From the NCBI GenBank assembly GCA_963664325.2, contig CAXXDQ010000003.1, positions 576,001 to 640,000 on the forward strand: a stretch of DNA of 64,000 bases, given 5' to 3'. Position numbers and translations under genes: made by a program. Each line of letters begins with the position of its first letter. The first letter of the stretch is position 1. Source of the stretch: Desulfomonilia bacterium. Its GTDB lineage: Bacteria; Desulfobacterota; Desulfomonilia; UBA1062. Shown piece after piece: positions 46,616-56,134 of this stretch. The notes beneath the pieces are model-generated. The model was not told where the DNA came from and did not search any database. It saw nothing but the letters and a program-made list of their open reading frames with translations.

Positions 46616-48763
46616 ATGAAGGAAAAAAGCAAATCAAATACTGCAGCGGGAAGAAAAACCACTATGCTCAATGACAGGTTTTTTTCTGCTTCACCACTCA
46701 CTACTGACCACTCGCCACTTTTTTATAAAGTCGCCATAATCGGCTCTGGCACCGCCTCTCTCAATGCGGCAGTGCAGCTTAAAAGACTGGGAATTGATGA
46801 CGTGGTCATTGTGACCGAAGGCGTATATCTGGGAACATCTGCAAACACAGGCTCGGACAAGCAGACATACTACAGGCTCAACCCGTGCGCGCCCGATGGC
46901 GACAGCGCATACAAAATGGCGCAGGACCTTATCGCGGGTGGCTCGATGCACGGAGATACCGCACTGATCGAGGCGGCCCTTTCAAGTGAATGCTTCGCCC
47001 ATCTATGCCGGCTCGGTGTGGCATTTCCTTTCAATGAATACGGTATGTACACGGGCTACAGAACAGACCATGATATTGCCGGCAGGGCGACTTCCGCCGG
47101 ACCGAAAACATCCATCATGATGCATGAAAAACTTCTGAACGAAGTAAAACGCCTTAACATCACCATTCTCGATGGGATGGAGGTTGTAAAAATACTTACA
47201 GATAATGACAGATTCGACCTCCCCCATCCCCCTCCTGTCCAGGAGGAGGCTAATCATTTATCGAATCCGCATATGTGCGGATTCGATAAATCTGTGGCCC
47301 TGTTTCCCTTGAGGGAAAGAGGGGTGGGAGATAGGGAGAATTTTGTACGGGGTGTTATTGCTTTAGACAGCAGGGATAGCCTGCAGGTTATACTGGCTGA
47401 TTATGTGGTCTGGGGGACAGGGGGGCCTGCGGCATTGTATGCTGACAGTGTATATCCAAGGGAGCAGGCCGGTTCGCTTGGTGTTGCGCTTATGGCGGGG
47501 GCAAGGGCGTGCAACCTTACTGAGAGCCAGTTCGGGATTGCATCGGTGAATCCGAGATGGAACCTGTCCGGAAGTTTTCAGCAGGTATTGCCGGATTACT
47601 TTTCATGCAATCCGGACGGAACGGAAGTAAAGCATTTCTTGGTACCGTATTTCAATGATTGGCAGACAATGTGCAGGATGATCTTTCTGAAGGGATATGA
47701 ATGGCCTTTTGATGTCAGAAAGGTTTCCGGATCTTCTTTGATTGACCTCCTTGTTTACAGGGAGAGGGTGGAGCTTGGGAGAAAGGTCTATATGGATTTC
47801 ACCTGCAACCCGCGCTATCCTGGAAGCAGGTTTTCGATAAAAGGGCTGCCGGAAATTGCAAAGGGCTATCTTGAAAAATCAGGGGCTGTTGGAGAAACAC
47901 CGGTAAAGCGTCTGATTAAGATGAACAAGGCTGCATATGAGCTTTATCTTTCGAAGGGAGTTGACCTCAAGAAAGAATCCATTGAGATAGCAGTATGCAA
48001 CCAGCATTTAAACGGTGGACTTGCCGTCGATAAATGGTGGGAAACCAGTATAAAAAATCTCTTTGCTGTCGGGGAGGCGGCCGGGACGCACGGCATATAC
48101 CGCCCGGGCGGCAGTGCGCTTAACGCCGGGCAGGTGGGCGGGTTGAGGGCGGCCCAGTGCATTGCGCACAGGATAAAAACTGCAAAAAAAACCACCAGGG
48201 AAAGCATTATCCTGAAAGATGAAATATTTGCGGTTTCGGAAGGTGCCGTTAAATCAGGCAGGCGGTTAAATCCTCTTGATGAAAGGCTGAAAATTCAAAA
48301 GAGGGCATCAGCGACGCTGGGCATAACAAGATGCATTGCCGGAACCAGGAAGGCCATGGCTGAGAACATGAAGCAGCTTCGGAAACACCTTTCATCAGGA
48401 GCCGCAGATTGTCCGGAATTGAGGGCATGGCTTAAAAATATAGACCTTCTCATAACCGAAAGGGCCATGCTTGACGCATCGGGAAAGCTGCTTGAAAGCC
48501 TGAAGCAAAGCAGGGGATCGTTCATCTGCCGGAAAAACTCGGATATGGATTTACTGCATACTGGGTATATCCGGGCAGCAGAAAATTCCAGGGGAGGATT
48601 ACGGGACAGCAAGGTTCTGACTGATATGGTTATCGAGACGTGGATTGACAAAAAAGGAAATGCGCACAGTGAATTCGTTCCTGTCAGGCCTCTGCCCAGG
48701 CCTGACGACTGGTTCGAAACAGTCTGGGCAAAATATGTGAAAGGGGAGGTGTTTGGGTCATGA
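46616..48763 (+). CDS. FAD-binding oxidoreductase (SdhA/NadB-like superfamily) with an in-frame palindromic insertion
   Basis: IIGSG, GTSANTGSDKQTYY, TGG, QHLNGGL, LFAVGEAAGTHG, RPGGSALN. Confidence 0.85.
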   Translation: MKEKSKSNTAAGRKTTMLNDRFFSASPLTTDHSPLFYKVAIIGSGTASLNAAVQLKRLGIDDVVIVTEGVYLGTSANTGSDKQTYYRLNPCAPDGDSAYKMAQDLIAGGSMHGDTALIEAALSSECFAHLCRLGVAFPFNEYGMYTGYRTDHDIAGRATSAGPKTSIMMHEKLLNEVKRLNITILDGMEVVKILTDNDRFDLPHPPPVQEEANHLSNPHMCGFDKSVALFPLRERGVGDRENFVRGVIALDSRDSLQVILADYVVWGTGGPAALYADSVYPREQAGSLGVALMAGARACNLTESQFGIASVNPRWNLSGSFQQVLPDYFSCNPDGTEVKHFLVPYFNDWQTMCRMIFLKGYEWPFDVRKVSGSSLIDLLVYRERVELGRKVYMDFTCNPRYPGSRFSIKGLPEIAKGYLEKSGAVGETPVKRLIKMNKAAYELYLSKGVDLKKESIEIAVCNQHLNGGLAVDKWWETSIKNLFAVGEAAGTHGIYRPGGSALNAGQVGGLRAAQCIAHRIKTAKKTTRESIILKDEIFAVSEGAVKSGRRLNPLDERLKIQKRASATLGITRCIAGTRKAMAENMKQLRKHLSSGAADCPELRAWLKNIDLLITERAMLDASGKLLESLKQSRGSFICRKNSDMDLLHTGYIRAAENSRGGLRDSKVLTDMVIETWIDKKGNAHSEFVPVRPLPRPDDWFETVWAKYVKGEVFGS
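47218..47337 (+). repeat. REP-like palindromic element inserted in-frame in the flavoprotein gene
   Basis: C-rich left flank and G-rich right flank around a perfect 16-bp stem (47256-47271/47276-47291). Confidence 0.7.
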
Positions 48764-49362
48764 AAAAACATGTTCTTCTGATCTCGGCAGGAGTTGTTCA
48801 TCCGAGCATATTTGCGAGAAAAATGCTTTATGAGATTGTCTCCGGGACTTTCACCGTCATACGGACATCTTCGATTGAAGGAGCAAGCATATTAAGGCGG
48901 GGCATGTTCGATGCAGCCCTTATTTACCTTCACAGGCAGAAAATAACCGATGAAGCGCTCTCTGCCATGGAAAGCTTTGTTGCTCATGGCGGAGGACTTA
49001 TGGGCATACACTCGGCAACGGCTTCATTCAAACAGTCCAAAGGCTGGTTCAACCTCATGGGCGGCCGTTTCGTTTCCCACGACGAGATATTCGAGTTCAA
49101 ATCAACATCGGCCGGTTCTGAAATATTTACACCAGGGTCGTTTACGGTTAAGGACGAGCTTTATATCCATGAGATAAGGCCCGGAGTATCAGTATCCTAC
49201 TCGACCGAGAAAGAAGGCAGGGCCGTACCTGTCGTCTGGACCCAGAATTACGGAAAAGGCAGGGTGTGCTATATCGAGCCGGGCCATGTCGCTGCTTCAT
49301 TAGAGGTCCCGGAGGTGGCGAAAATCATAAAGGAAGGGCTTTCATGGGTTTGCGGAGGATGA
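48760..49362 (+). CDS. ThuA-like domain protein
   Basis: GGGLMGIHSA, MGGRFVSH, DELY, WTQNYGKGRVCYIEPGH. Confidence 0.85.
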   Translation: MKKHVLLISAGVVHPSIFARKMLYEIVSGTFTVIRTSSIEGASILRRGMFDAALIYLHRQKITDEALSAMESFVAHGGGLMGIHSATASFKQSKGWFNLMGGRFVSHDEIFEFKSTSAGSEIFTPGSFTVKDELYIHEIRPGVSVSYSTEKEGRAVPVVWTQNYGKGRVCYIEPGHVAASLEVPEVAKIIKEGLSWVCGG

Positions 49363-49363
49363 G

Positions 49364-50392
49364 ATGAAGAAAATGAGGGTTGCGATTGTCGGGTGCGGTG
49401 ATATAGCCCGTTTTACCGCGATTGGTTTTATTATTAATAAAGGCATCAGTACGGTTGCCTGTGTCGATAAGAATATTGACAGGGCGAAGTCTTTCAGCCG
49501 CTGGTTCATGATACCCAAATATTTCGGAGACTATTCAGAAATGCTTGATAAGATCGAGCCTGATGCCGTCTATCTGGCTGTACCCCATATATTGCATGAG
49601 CCCATGATAAAAAAGGCCCTGGAAAAAGGTCTTCATGTGTTTTGCGAAAAGCCCGTGACGACAAAAATGGATGATGCAATCGAGGTCTGCAGTTTTGCAG
49701 AAAAAACCGGGCTCAAGGTCGGCATCAACTACCAGTACCGTTATGACAAGAGCTGTTATGCCATGGCCCAGGCTGCACATTCAGGACAACTCGGTGAAAT
49801 CCTGTACGGCCGCTGTAATGTCCCCTGGCACAGGACGGAAAAATATTTTTCATGCTCACCCTGGCATAAAAGCCTTGAAGCCTCGGGCGGAGGGACGCTG
49901 CTGACACAGGGAAGCCATGCGCTGGACGTACTGCTGTGGACATGCGGCAAGGCCCCCCTCAGGGCGACCGGGTTGACAGCCAGAAAATGCTTCAGGGATG
50001 TGGAAGTGGAAGACCTCGCCATGGCCATGATCGAGCTTGAAGACGGGGTGCTCATCCAGGCGGTTTCATCCATGGCTGCAGCTACGGAGCAGAAGGTTAC
50101 TATTGAAGTCTACGGCAGCAAGGCGACTGCCCTTTATTCAGGTTTTTCATCGCCTGAAGTGAGGTTTATAGGTTCGAAGCCTCCCCATTATCAGGTTCCG
50201 GCCAAAGGTCTTCATGCACTGTTCCGGAGCATCGAAGGTTTCAGGGCATGGGTTATGGAAGATAAACCTTTCCTGACCCCTGCCTCCCAGTCTCTTGCTG
50301 TTCTCGCTGCAATAGAAGCGGTCTACAGATCTGCTGCAACAGGCAAAACCGTGGAAACGGACACGGGATATCTTAAAATGTTGAATGGATGA
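49364..50392 (+). CDS. Gfo/Idh/MocA oxidoreductase
   Basis: VGCGDIA, PHILH, HVFCEKP, GGGTLLTQGSH, VEVED. Confidence 0.9.
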   Translation: MKKMRVAIVGCGDIARFTAIGFIINKGISTVACVDKNIDRAKSFSRWFMIPKYFGDYSEMLDKIEPDAVYLAVPHILHEPMIKKALEKGLHVFCEKPVTTKMDDAIEVCSFAEKTGLKVGINYQYRYDKSCYAMAQAAHSGQLGEILYGRCNVPWHRTEKYFSCSPWHKSLEASGGGTLLTQGSHALDVLLWTCGKAPLRATGLTARKCFRDVEVEDLAMAMIELEDGVLIQAVSSMAAATEQKVTIEVYGSKATALYSGFSSPEVRFIGSKPPHYQVPAKGLHALFRSIEGFRAWVMEDKPFLTPASQSLAVLAAIEAVYRSAATGKTVETDTGYLKMLNG

Positions 50393-50615
50393 AAGTATAT
50401 ATGGCGAAATAATTTCATAAATCAGGAAAGAAAATTGCCTGGATCGTGAAGGGAATGCATCAAACATGAAATGCATGTAACTCTGCCGGGCGTACATATG
50501 CGACAATAAAGGATTTTCAGATATAGTGTAAAGTACCGACGGGAAGTGTATAAGGGCATGGATGTTGCAAAAAAAATTATTAAGGACAAATGCGCGGTTT
50601 ATCTGGAGGTTTTAT

Positions 50616-52682
50616 ATGAGGAAATATATCGTTTTCGCTTTCATTCTTACGGTGACGATTATCACAGGCTGTTCGGGTAACGGTAATTCCGGATCGGATA
50701 CTCAGTACCTTGCACTTCACGAGGATTCGAGCAGTATTGCGTTGCCTGTTCCGATCACCCCGACCGAAGGCTATCAAATGCGGAAAGCTCTGTATATTAA
50801 TGATGCCCTTTCAAGCGATGGTCTTGATGCACAGGTCGTCCATGTTGCAAAGGGCGAGCCCGTTTCGGAGGCGCCCATCATTGAAGCGCTTGCCAAGGCC
50901 GACGCCAGAAAAGACTGCGCCGACTTCGGCCTTAATGCGATCCTCCGCATGCTTTGCATTGACAGGAGCACGCACTCGCTGCCTCCTGAGCTGCGCGATA
51001 AGATGAAAACAACCGTGCTCAATTTCAGGTACTTCTTTGACGAGCCGGGCGAAACCCAGACAATAACAACGACCGAAAACCACCAGATACTTTTCAATAC
51101 AGCCGAACTCCTGGCCGGAAGGCTCTATCCCGATGAGACGTTTACAAATTCAGGCATGACAGGCCTTCAGCATATTGAGCATGCACTGCACTGGGTCAAT
51201 TCATGGCTGGGCTTCAGGGGAAAATTCGGACTTACAGAATACCATTCAAACATCTACTATAACGAGACCATGCCGGCGCTCATCAATCTTGTGGATTTCT
51301 CGGATGATGTCGAGATATCCGCCAAGGCCTCAATTCTTCTGGACCTGATTGCTTTTGATTTTGCAAACAATTATTTCAAGGGCTCATACGCCACTGCCCA
51401 CGGCAGGACAGAGGACGGCAAGGAAGTGGCCCTTGGCCCTGACAAACTGCCGGGCAGGGAATCGACAAACGAGACAGCCTGGCTGATGCTGGGAATCGGC
51501 GATCATCTCGATCCAAGCCATTTTACTGCCGCCTTCCTTGCCACCAGCAGCTATGTGCCTCCTGCCATACTCGAGGAGATCGCGGCAGATGCAGCACCTG
51601 CGAATGAGCACAAAGAGAGGATGAGCCTCTCTCTCGACGATGCAGACAGTTTCGGAGTCGGATTCTCGAAAGAGGAGGATATCATATACTGGTGGACGAT
51701 GTCAGGCATGGTCGCGCCTTATGTGGTTGACGGCTCCATCATGCTGATGGACAAATACAACCTGGGCGCCGATGTCAGCAGTGATCTCGGGATGAGCGAC
51801 GACGATTTTTCCACCTTCATTAAAGTTTCTGCAGCAGCTCATTTGACCAATCCGACTGGATACAGCAAAATGCTTGGCGACCTTACGAGAGGTATTATGC
51901 TCGAGTCGGCAAATACATACACTTACCGCACGCCGGACTACCAGCTTTCCGGAGTTCAGGACCATCAGAAGGCCATGTCCAGCATGCAGGAGCTCATCTG
52001 GCAGGCTAGCCTTGACAAATATGCAACGGTTTTCACGAACTCGGGACCTACTCTCAGGGGAGAGGACTATGTGGGCGGTTGGAAACCGAGAGCGACGCTT
52101 TATAAAAACGTGGGCATAATCCAGTATGACCGCAATCCGGAGCTGCCGCTTATCGAATTGTTCATGCTGGCCATGGGTCCGGAATACTACACGCTGGCCT
52201 ATTTCCCTAAATGGGCTTTCGACCAGGTTGTTCCGGGATGCCACTGGACATTCGGGCGTAAGGGAGACGGCTATATAGGACTTTATTCGTTCCTGCCGCA
52301 GGTCTGGAACGAGAACAACATAGAGCTCAGGGCTCCCGGCAAACAGAACCTCTATATCGTGGAGATGGGCAGCAAGTCGGAAAACGGCTCATTCGAATCT
52401 TTCATGGCAGGCCTGAGCGGCGCAAAAATTGAGACCGCAGTAAAATGCAAAGGCTTTGATGTCAGATACGAATCGCCTTCACAGGGGCTGGTGCAGGTAG
52501 CCTGGGATGGACCAATGACAATAAATGGCCAGCAGGTGGATATCGGTCCCTACCAGCGCTTTGACGACAAGTACTGCTACCAGGAATTCGGCACCCAAAA
52601 GACGATCATTGACTTCGCAGGCAAGTCACTGGAACTGGATTTTGAGAATGCGACAAGAAGCTATTATAAAATGGAGGATTAA
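50616..52682 (+). CDS. Large lipoprotein of unknown function (possibly heparinase/lyase-like architecture)
   Basis: ggagg RBS; ITGC lipobox; DCADF, TENHQIL, EYHSNIYY, YTYRTPDYQLS; the fold assignment is inference. Confidence 0.65.
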   Translation: MRKYIVFAFILTVTIITGCSGNGNSGSDTQYLALHEDSSSIALPVPITPTEGYQMRKALYINDALSSDGLDAQVVHVAKGEPVSEAPIIEALAKADARKDCADFGLNAILRMLCIDRSTHSLPPELRDKMKTTVLNFRYFFDEPGETQTITTTENHQILFNTAELLAGRLYPDETFTNSGMTGLQHIEHALHWVNSWLGFRGKFGLTEYHSNIYYNETMPALINLVDFSDDVEISAKASILLDLIAFDFANNYFKGSYATAHGRTEDGKEVALGPDKLPGRESTNETAWLMLGIGDHLDPSHFTAAFLATSSYVPPAILEEIAADAAPANEHKERMSLSLDDADSFGVGFSKEEDIIYWWTMSGMVAPYVVDGSIMLMDKYNLGADVSSDLGMSDDDFSTFIKVSAAAHLTNPTGYSKMLGDLTRGIMLESANTYTYRTPDYQLSGVQDHQKAMSSMQELIWQASLDKYATVFTNSGPTLRGEDYVGGWKPRATLYKNVGIIQYDRNPELPLIELFMLAMGPEYYTLAYFPKWAFDQVVPGCHWTFGRKGDGYIGLYSFLPQVWNENNIELRAPGKQNLYIVEMGSKSENGSFESFMAGLSGAKIETAVKCKGFDVRYESPSQGLVQVAWDGPMTINGQQVDIGPYQRFDDKYCYQEFGTQKTIIDFAGKSLELDFENATRSYYKMED

Positions 52683-52742
52683 TACAGGGCGTGATTATTT
52701 CATATCCCCGCTTCCCGGTCTGTTTTGTTCTGGCGCCCTGTA
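52683..52742 (+). repeat. Palindromic intergenic element, copy 4 (short form)
   Basis: tacagggcgtgatta...ggtctgttttgttctggcgccctgta. Confidence 0.7.
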
Positions 52743-53062
52743 ACGTTCTGAATACTTGCAGGTTGAACTGAACTTATTCGGAGTCCGGTAATGTGTTCTG
52801 CCCCCCGAGCTCAGTTTATCAAAGGGGGGTGCCGGTTGGTGGCTATGTGAAGTGTTTTGCAGCCCGCAGAGCCTCTTATGCCAATAATCAGCAAAGTTTC
52901 AGCAGCGGGTTGATGCGAGGCAAGGCATGGATCATCGCTGGACCCTCTTTGATATCAATTCCCGGCCAAGGCCGGGGAAGCAGTATAACAGGTCGTACAT
53001 ATTTTTCGGCTTCATTCTGGCATTCAACAGAAGCAGTTCAAATCAGATGCTTTGAAAAGTCC

Positions 53063-53842
53063 TCAGCATTTATTTCTGACCGGGATGCCTTCTTTATCAA
53101 GATATTCCTTTATCTGCCGTACCGTATATGTCCCGTAATGAACCATTGAGGCAATCAGGGCGGCATCGGCATTGGCAACAGAAAGTACGTCCTTCAGATG
53201 TTCAGGTTTTCCGGCTCCTCCGGAAGCGATGACTGGTATGCCCACATTATCCGATATCATCTTGGTCAAAGTCAGCTCATAGCCCTCGTTTGTGCCGTCC
53301 GCATCAATGGAATTAAGGCATATTTCGCCTGCGCCGAGCTCTTCCGCACGTTTTGCCCATTTCAAGGCGTCAAGGCCCATAGGCGTCCTGCCTCCGTTAA
53401 TAACCACTTCATAACCGCTGGGAATTTTATCGCTGATGCCAACCTGCTTGGCATCCATTCCAAGGACTATGCACTGGTTGCCGAAAATAAGGGCTCCTTC
53501 TGAAATTATCGAGGGGTTCAATACCGCCGCGCTGTTAACACTGACCTTTTCCGCGCCGGCATTGAGCACCCGGTACATGTCATCGACGGTCCGCAAGCCT
53601 CCGCCTACGGAAAACGGAATGAATATATTCCGGGCCACCCTGTCAACCACGTCGATCATTATGTCGCGTTTGTCGGATGAGGCGGTTATATCGTAAAAAA
53701 CCAGTTCATCCACTCCCTGCTCATAATACTGCCTGGCCATTTCAACGGGATCGCCGATATCCAGATTGCCGAGAAATTTTACGCCTTTTGTCGTCTTGCC
53801 GTTCCTGACATCAAGACAGATTATGATCCTCTTGCTCAGCAT
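53063..53842 (-). CDS. hisF: Imidazole glycerol phosphate synthase cyclase subunit
   Basis: [49 protein letters not shown]. Confidence 0.95.
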   Translation of the reverse strand: MLSKRIIICLDVRNGKTTKGVKFLGNLDIGDPVEMARQYYEQGVDELVFYDITASSDKRDIMIDVVDRVARNIFIPFSVGGGLRTVDDMYRVLNAGAEKVSVNSAAVLNPSIISEGALIFGNQCIVLGMDAKQVGISDKIPSGYEVVINGGRTPMGLDALKWAKRAEELGAGEICLNSIDADGTNEGYELTLTKMISDNVGIPVIASGGAGKPEHLKDVLSVANADAALIASMVHYGTYTVRQIKEYLDKEGIPVRNKC

Positions 53843-53961
53843 TCATCCTCCATAACCTTGAATCATAAGGCCGCTTCTTTTTTTCATCATTACCCCGGCC
53901 GTTCTTTTTTCAACATCCGGTATGTACGGCAATTGTACAGGCCATGCATGATTTTACCAAA

Positions 53962-54573
53962 TTATTCCAGCTTCATCCAACACTCAAGGATTTTTTCAAA
54001 GGCGATCACCCCGTGCCTCAGGCAGACAGGTACATTGCCAGTAAGATCAATAAGTGTCGAAGGCAAACCGCCGGGGGTTTGCCCGCCGTCAAGCACTGCA
54101 TCGATATCAAGGCCATAGGAGATTATATCTTCTGCTCTTTCGGCTGGCTTCATCCCCGATGGATTTGCGGATGTCGATATGATTGGACCGAGATTTCGGG
54201 CCAGTTCCGTTGCCAGATGGTTGGGAGACACCCTGACTGCAATTTTTCCGTTCTGAATGAAACGGGCCGGTTCATGTGAGGGAAAGGGGCAGTTCAAAAC
54301 CGCACTCAAGGCTCCGGGCCAGAAATGGCAGAGCAGTGATTCCCGTCTGGAATCAATTTCCACAAGCCCTTTTGCCTGCGGGATTCCGGCAACCAGAACT
54401 ATCATGCCTTTTGCCGCATCCCGGCCTTTAACCTTAATTATGCGCTCGACAGCAAGGCTATCTGAAACCGGGCAACCCAGGCCATAGAAGGTTTCCGTAG
54501 GGTAGGCGAATATGGCCCCCGGTTTTTTTCTGGACAGGTCTGTAATTTCTTCAACAGAGGAGGTGACAAGCAT
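53962..54573 (-). CDS. tsaC: L-threonylcarbamoyladenylate synthase (Sua5/YrdC/TsaC)
   Basis: YPTETFYGLG, KGR, FWPG, STSANPSG, PSTLID. Confidence 0.9.
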   Translation of the reverse strand: MLVTSSVEEITDLSRKKPGAIFAYPTETFYGLGCPVSDSLAVERIIKVKGRDAAKGMIVLVAGIPQAKGLVEIDSRRESLLCHFWPGALSAVLNCPFPSHEPARFIQNGKIAVRVSPNHLATELARNLGPIISTSANPSGMKPAERAEDIISYGLDIDAVLDGGQTPGGLPSTLIDLTGNVPVCLRHGVIAFEKILECWMKLE

Positions 54574-54574
54574 T

Positions 54575-55063
54575 CTAGGTGTTTCTCACCTCTTTGTCTG
54601 AGGCCAGAACAGTTTCTTTCTGGGCGGCCCTGTATGACGACAGTTTTTGTCTGAAGGACGGTTCTGCAATAGCGAGCATTTCCACGGCAAGAAGGGCGGC
54701 ATTTTTTGCCCCGGCCTTTCCGATGCCGGTTGTCGCGACAGGTATTCCCGGGGGCATCTGGACGATTGAGAACAGGGCGTCGATTCCGCCGAGGGACGAG
54801 GCGTTGACCGGCACGCCGATTACCGGGAGCGTTGTATAGGCTGCTATGACTCCGGGCAGATGTGCCGCCATGCCGGCGCCGGCAATAATTGCTGAAATGC
54901 CGTTGTCTGCAGCTCCTTTCGCAAATGCCGCAACTTCGTCAGGGCATCTGTGGGCGGATAGCACCCTCAATTCGGTCTCGATCCCGAACTGCTTTAACAG
55001 TACTGTTGCCTCTTCCATGACCGGCAGGTCGGATTTGCTTCCCATAATAACAGCAACCTTCAT
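54575..55063 (-). CDS. purE: N5-CAIR mutase
   Basis: MGSKSD, SAHR, AGMAAHLPG, PVIGVP, SIVQMPPGIPVAT. Confidence 0.97.
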   Translation of the reverse strand: MKVAVIMGSKSDLPVMEEATVLLKQFGIETELRVLSAHRCPDEVAAFAKGAADNGISAIIAGAGMAAHLPGVIAAYTTLPVIGVPVNASSLGGIDALFSIVQMPPGIPVATTGIGKAGAKNAALLAVEMLAIAEPSFRQKLSSYRAAQKETVLASDKEVRNT

Positions 55064-55075
55064 TTCCCCTCCTTG

Positions 55076-55197
55076 TCAGGGCGTGATAACTGCGCATACC
55101 ATTGTCACTTCCTTGCCTCGTCATTGCGGCGTACGTCTATGTACGCCTCATTCCTCGGCTTCGTCGATCCTCGGTCTGCGTTGTTCTGACGCCCTGA
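55076..55197 (+). repeat. Palindromic intergenic element, copy 5
   Basis: tcagggcgtgataac...ggcgtac-N6-gtacgcc...gttctgacgccctga. Confidence 0.85.
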
Positions 55198-55256
55198 AGT
55201 CTCTAAAAATTTACTAGATTATTGTTCCAAAATTCCAATTTCTTTAAAACAATTTT

Positions 55257-56063
55257 TCAATAATTACACATCAACAATGATTTGACAAAATTATAAGTCG
55301 AATAGTGGTTGTTGGTGATTGAGGCAAAATTATGTTCCCCTCCGAACATTTTGTCCATTATTTCTTCAACTGTCGAGCCGCTTGTACTGAGGGCGGCCGC
55401 CTTCTCTGCGAGGCCGGTTATGTAGGTTATGCAATCGGATAAGGCCTTTCTGCCGTCCCTAACGATTTTGCCGACCGATGTAAGGAGGATGAGCCTTTCA
55501 CAAGGCAGGGCAATGAGAGAGCGCATTGACTTTATCATGCCGCTGACGTCTTCCTCGGGTCTTATGAACTTAGGCCTCTCGCGGGCGAATATGTCCCCGG
55601 AGAAGCACCAGCCTTTTGAAAGCTCAACCAGGGCGATATGGCCGGCGCTGTGGCCGGGAGTTTCAATGACCTGAAATGTAAAGTTATCGGTTTTAATTTC
55701 ATCCGGGACCGGTTTTACTATAGTAGGTTCCGGGAAACCCCAGACCGTTTCCTGATAGGGGTAAAGCTCGATCTTATGAGAGATGCGCTTTACAGAATCC
55801 GGGTGTGCGAATATATCGATTCCCAGCCTCTCCAGAAGCATCCTGTTTGCTCCGATGTGATCTTCGTGGAAATGCGTATTGACGGCAAGCTTGACTCCCC
55901 TGCTTTCAAGAAATTTCAGCAGTTCATCTGCGGTATACGAGCAGCCCGTATCTATCAGCAGTCCGTCAACAAGGTACGCGGAAACCCAGTAAACCGGCTT
56001 GCCGTCAATCTCACGGCTCATTCTGATCTGTGTGATACCTTCAAAATTATCTGTTTCAAGCAT
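55257..56063 (-). CDS. Metallo-beta-lactamase-fold hydrolase
   Basis: LIDTG, THFHEDHIG, TPGHSAGH, FSGD. Confidence 0.9.
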   Translation of the reverse strand: MLETDNFEGITQIRMSREIDGKPVYWVSAYLVDGLLIDTGCSYTADELLKFLESRGVKLAVNTHFHEDHIGANRMLLERLGIDIFAHPDSVKRISHKIELYPYQETVWGFPEPTIVKPVPDEIKTDNFTFQVIETPGHSAGHIALVELSKGWCFSGDIFARERPKFIRPEEDVSGMIKSMRSLIALPCERLILLTSVGKIVRDGRKALSDCITYITGLAEKAAALSTSGSTVEEIMDKMFGGEHNFASITNNHYSTYNFVKSLLMCNY

Positions 56064-56096
56064 GATTACATTGGCCTATTTTTAAGATCTTATATT

Positions 56097-56134
56097 GCTC
56101 ACCACTCACCACTCACCACTCCTGACTCACCACT
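56097..56134. repeat. Heptamer tandem repeat (CACCACT)n
   Basis: gctcaccactcaccactcaccactcctgactcaccact abutting the purD stop codon. Confidence 0.7.

Noticed and set aside
52745-53060. Structured ncRNA (6S, SRP, RNase P) or small gene between convergent genes
   Set aside because: Some G/C runs are present but no diagnostic motif was recognised and the 118-aa ORF has no protein-like features; an Rfam scan would be needed.
54262-54295. Second in-frame REP fragment in tsaC (PFPSHEP)
   Set aside because: Too short and without a clear palindrome; it cannot be distinguished from an ordinary variable loop.
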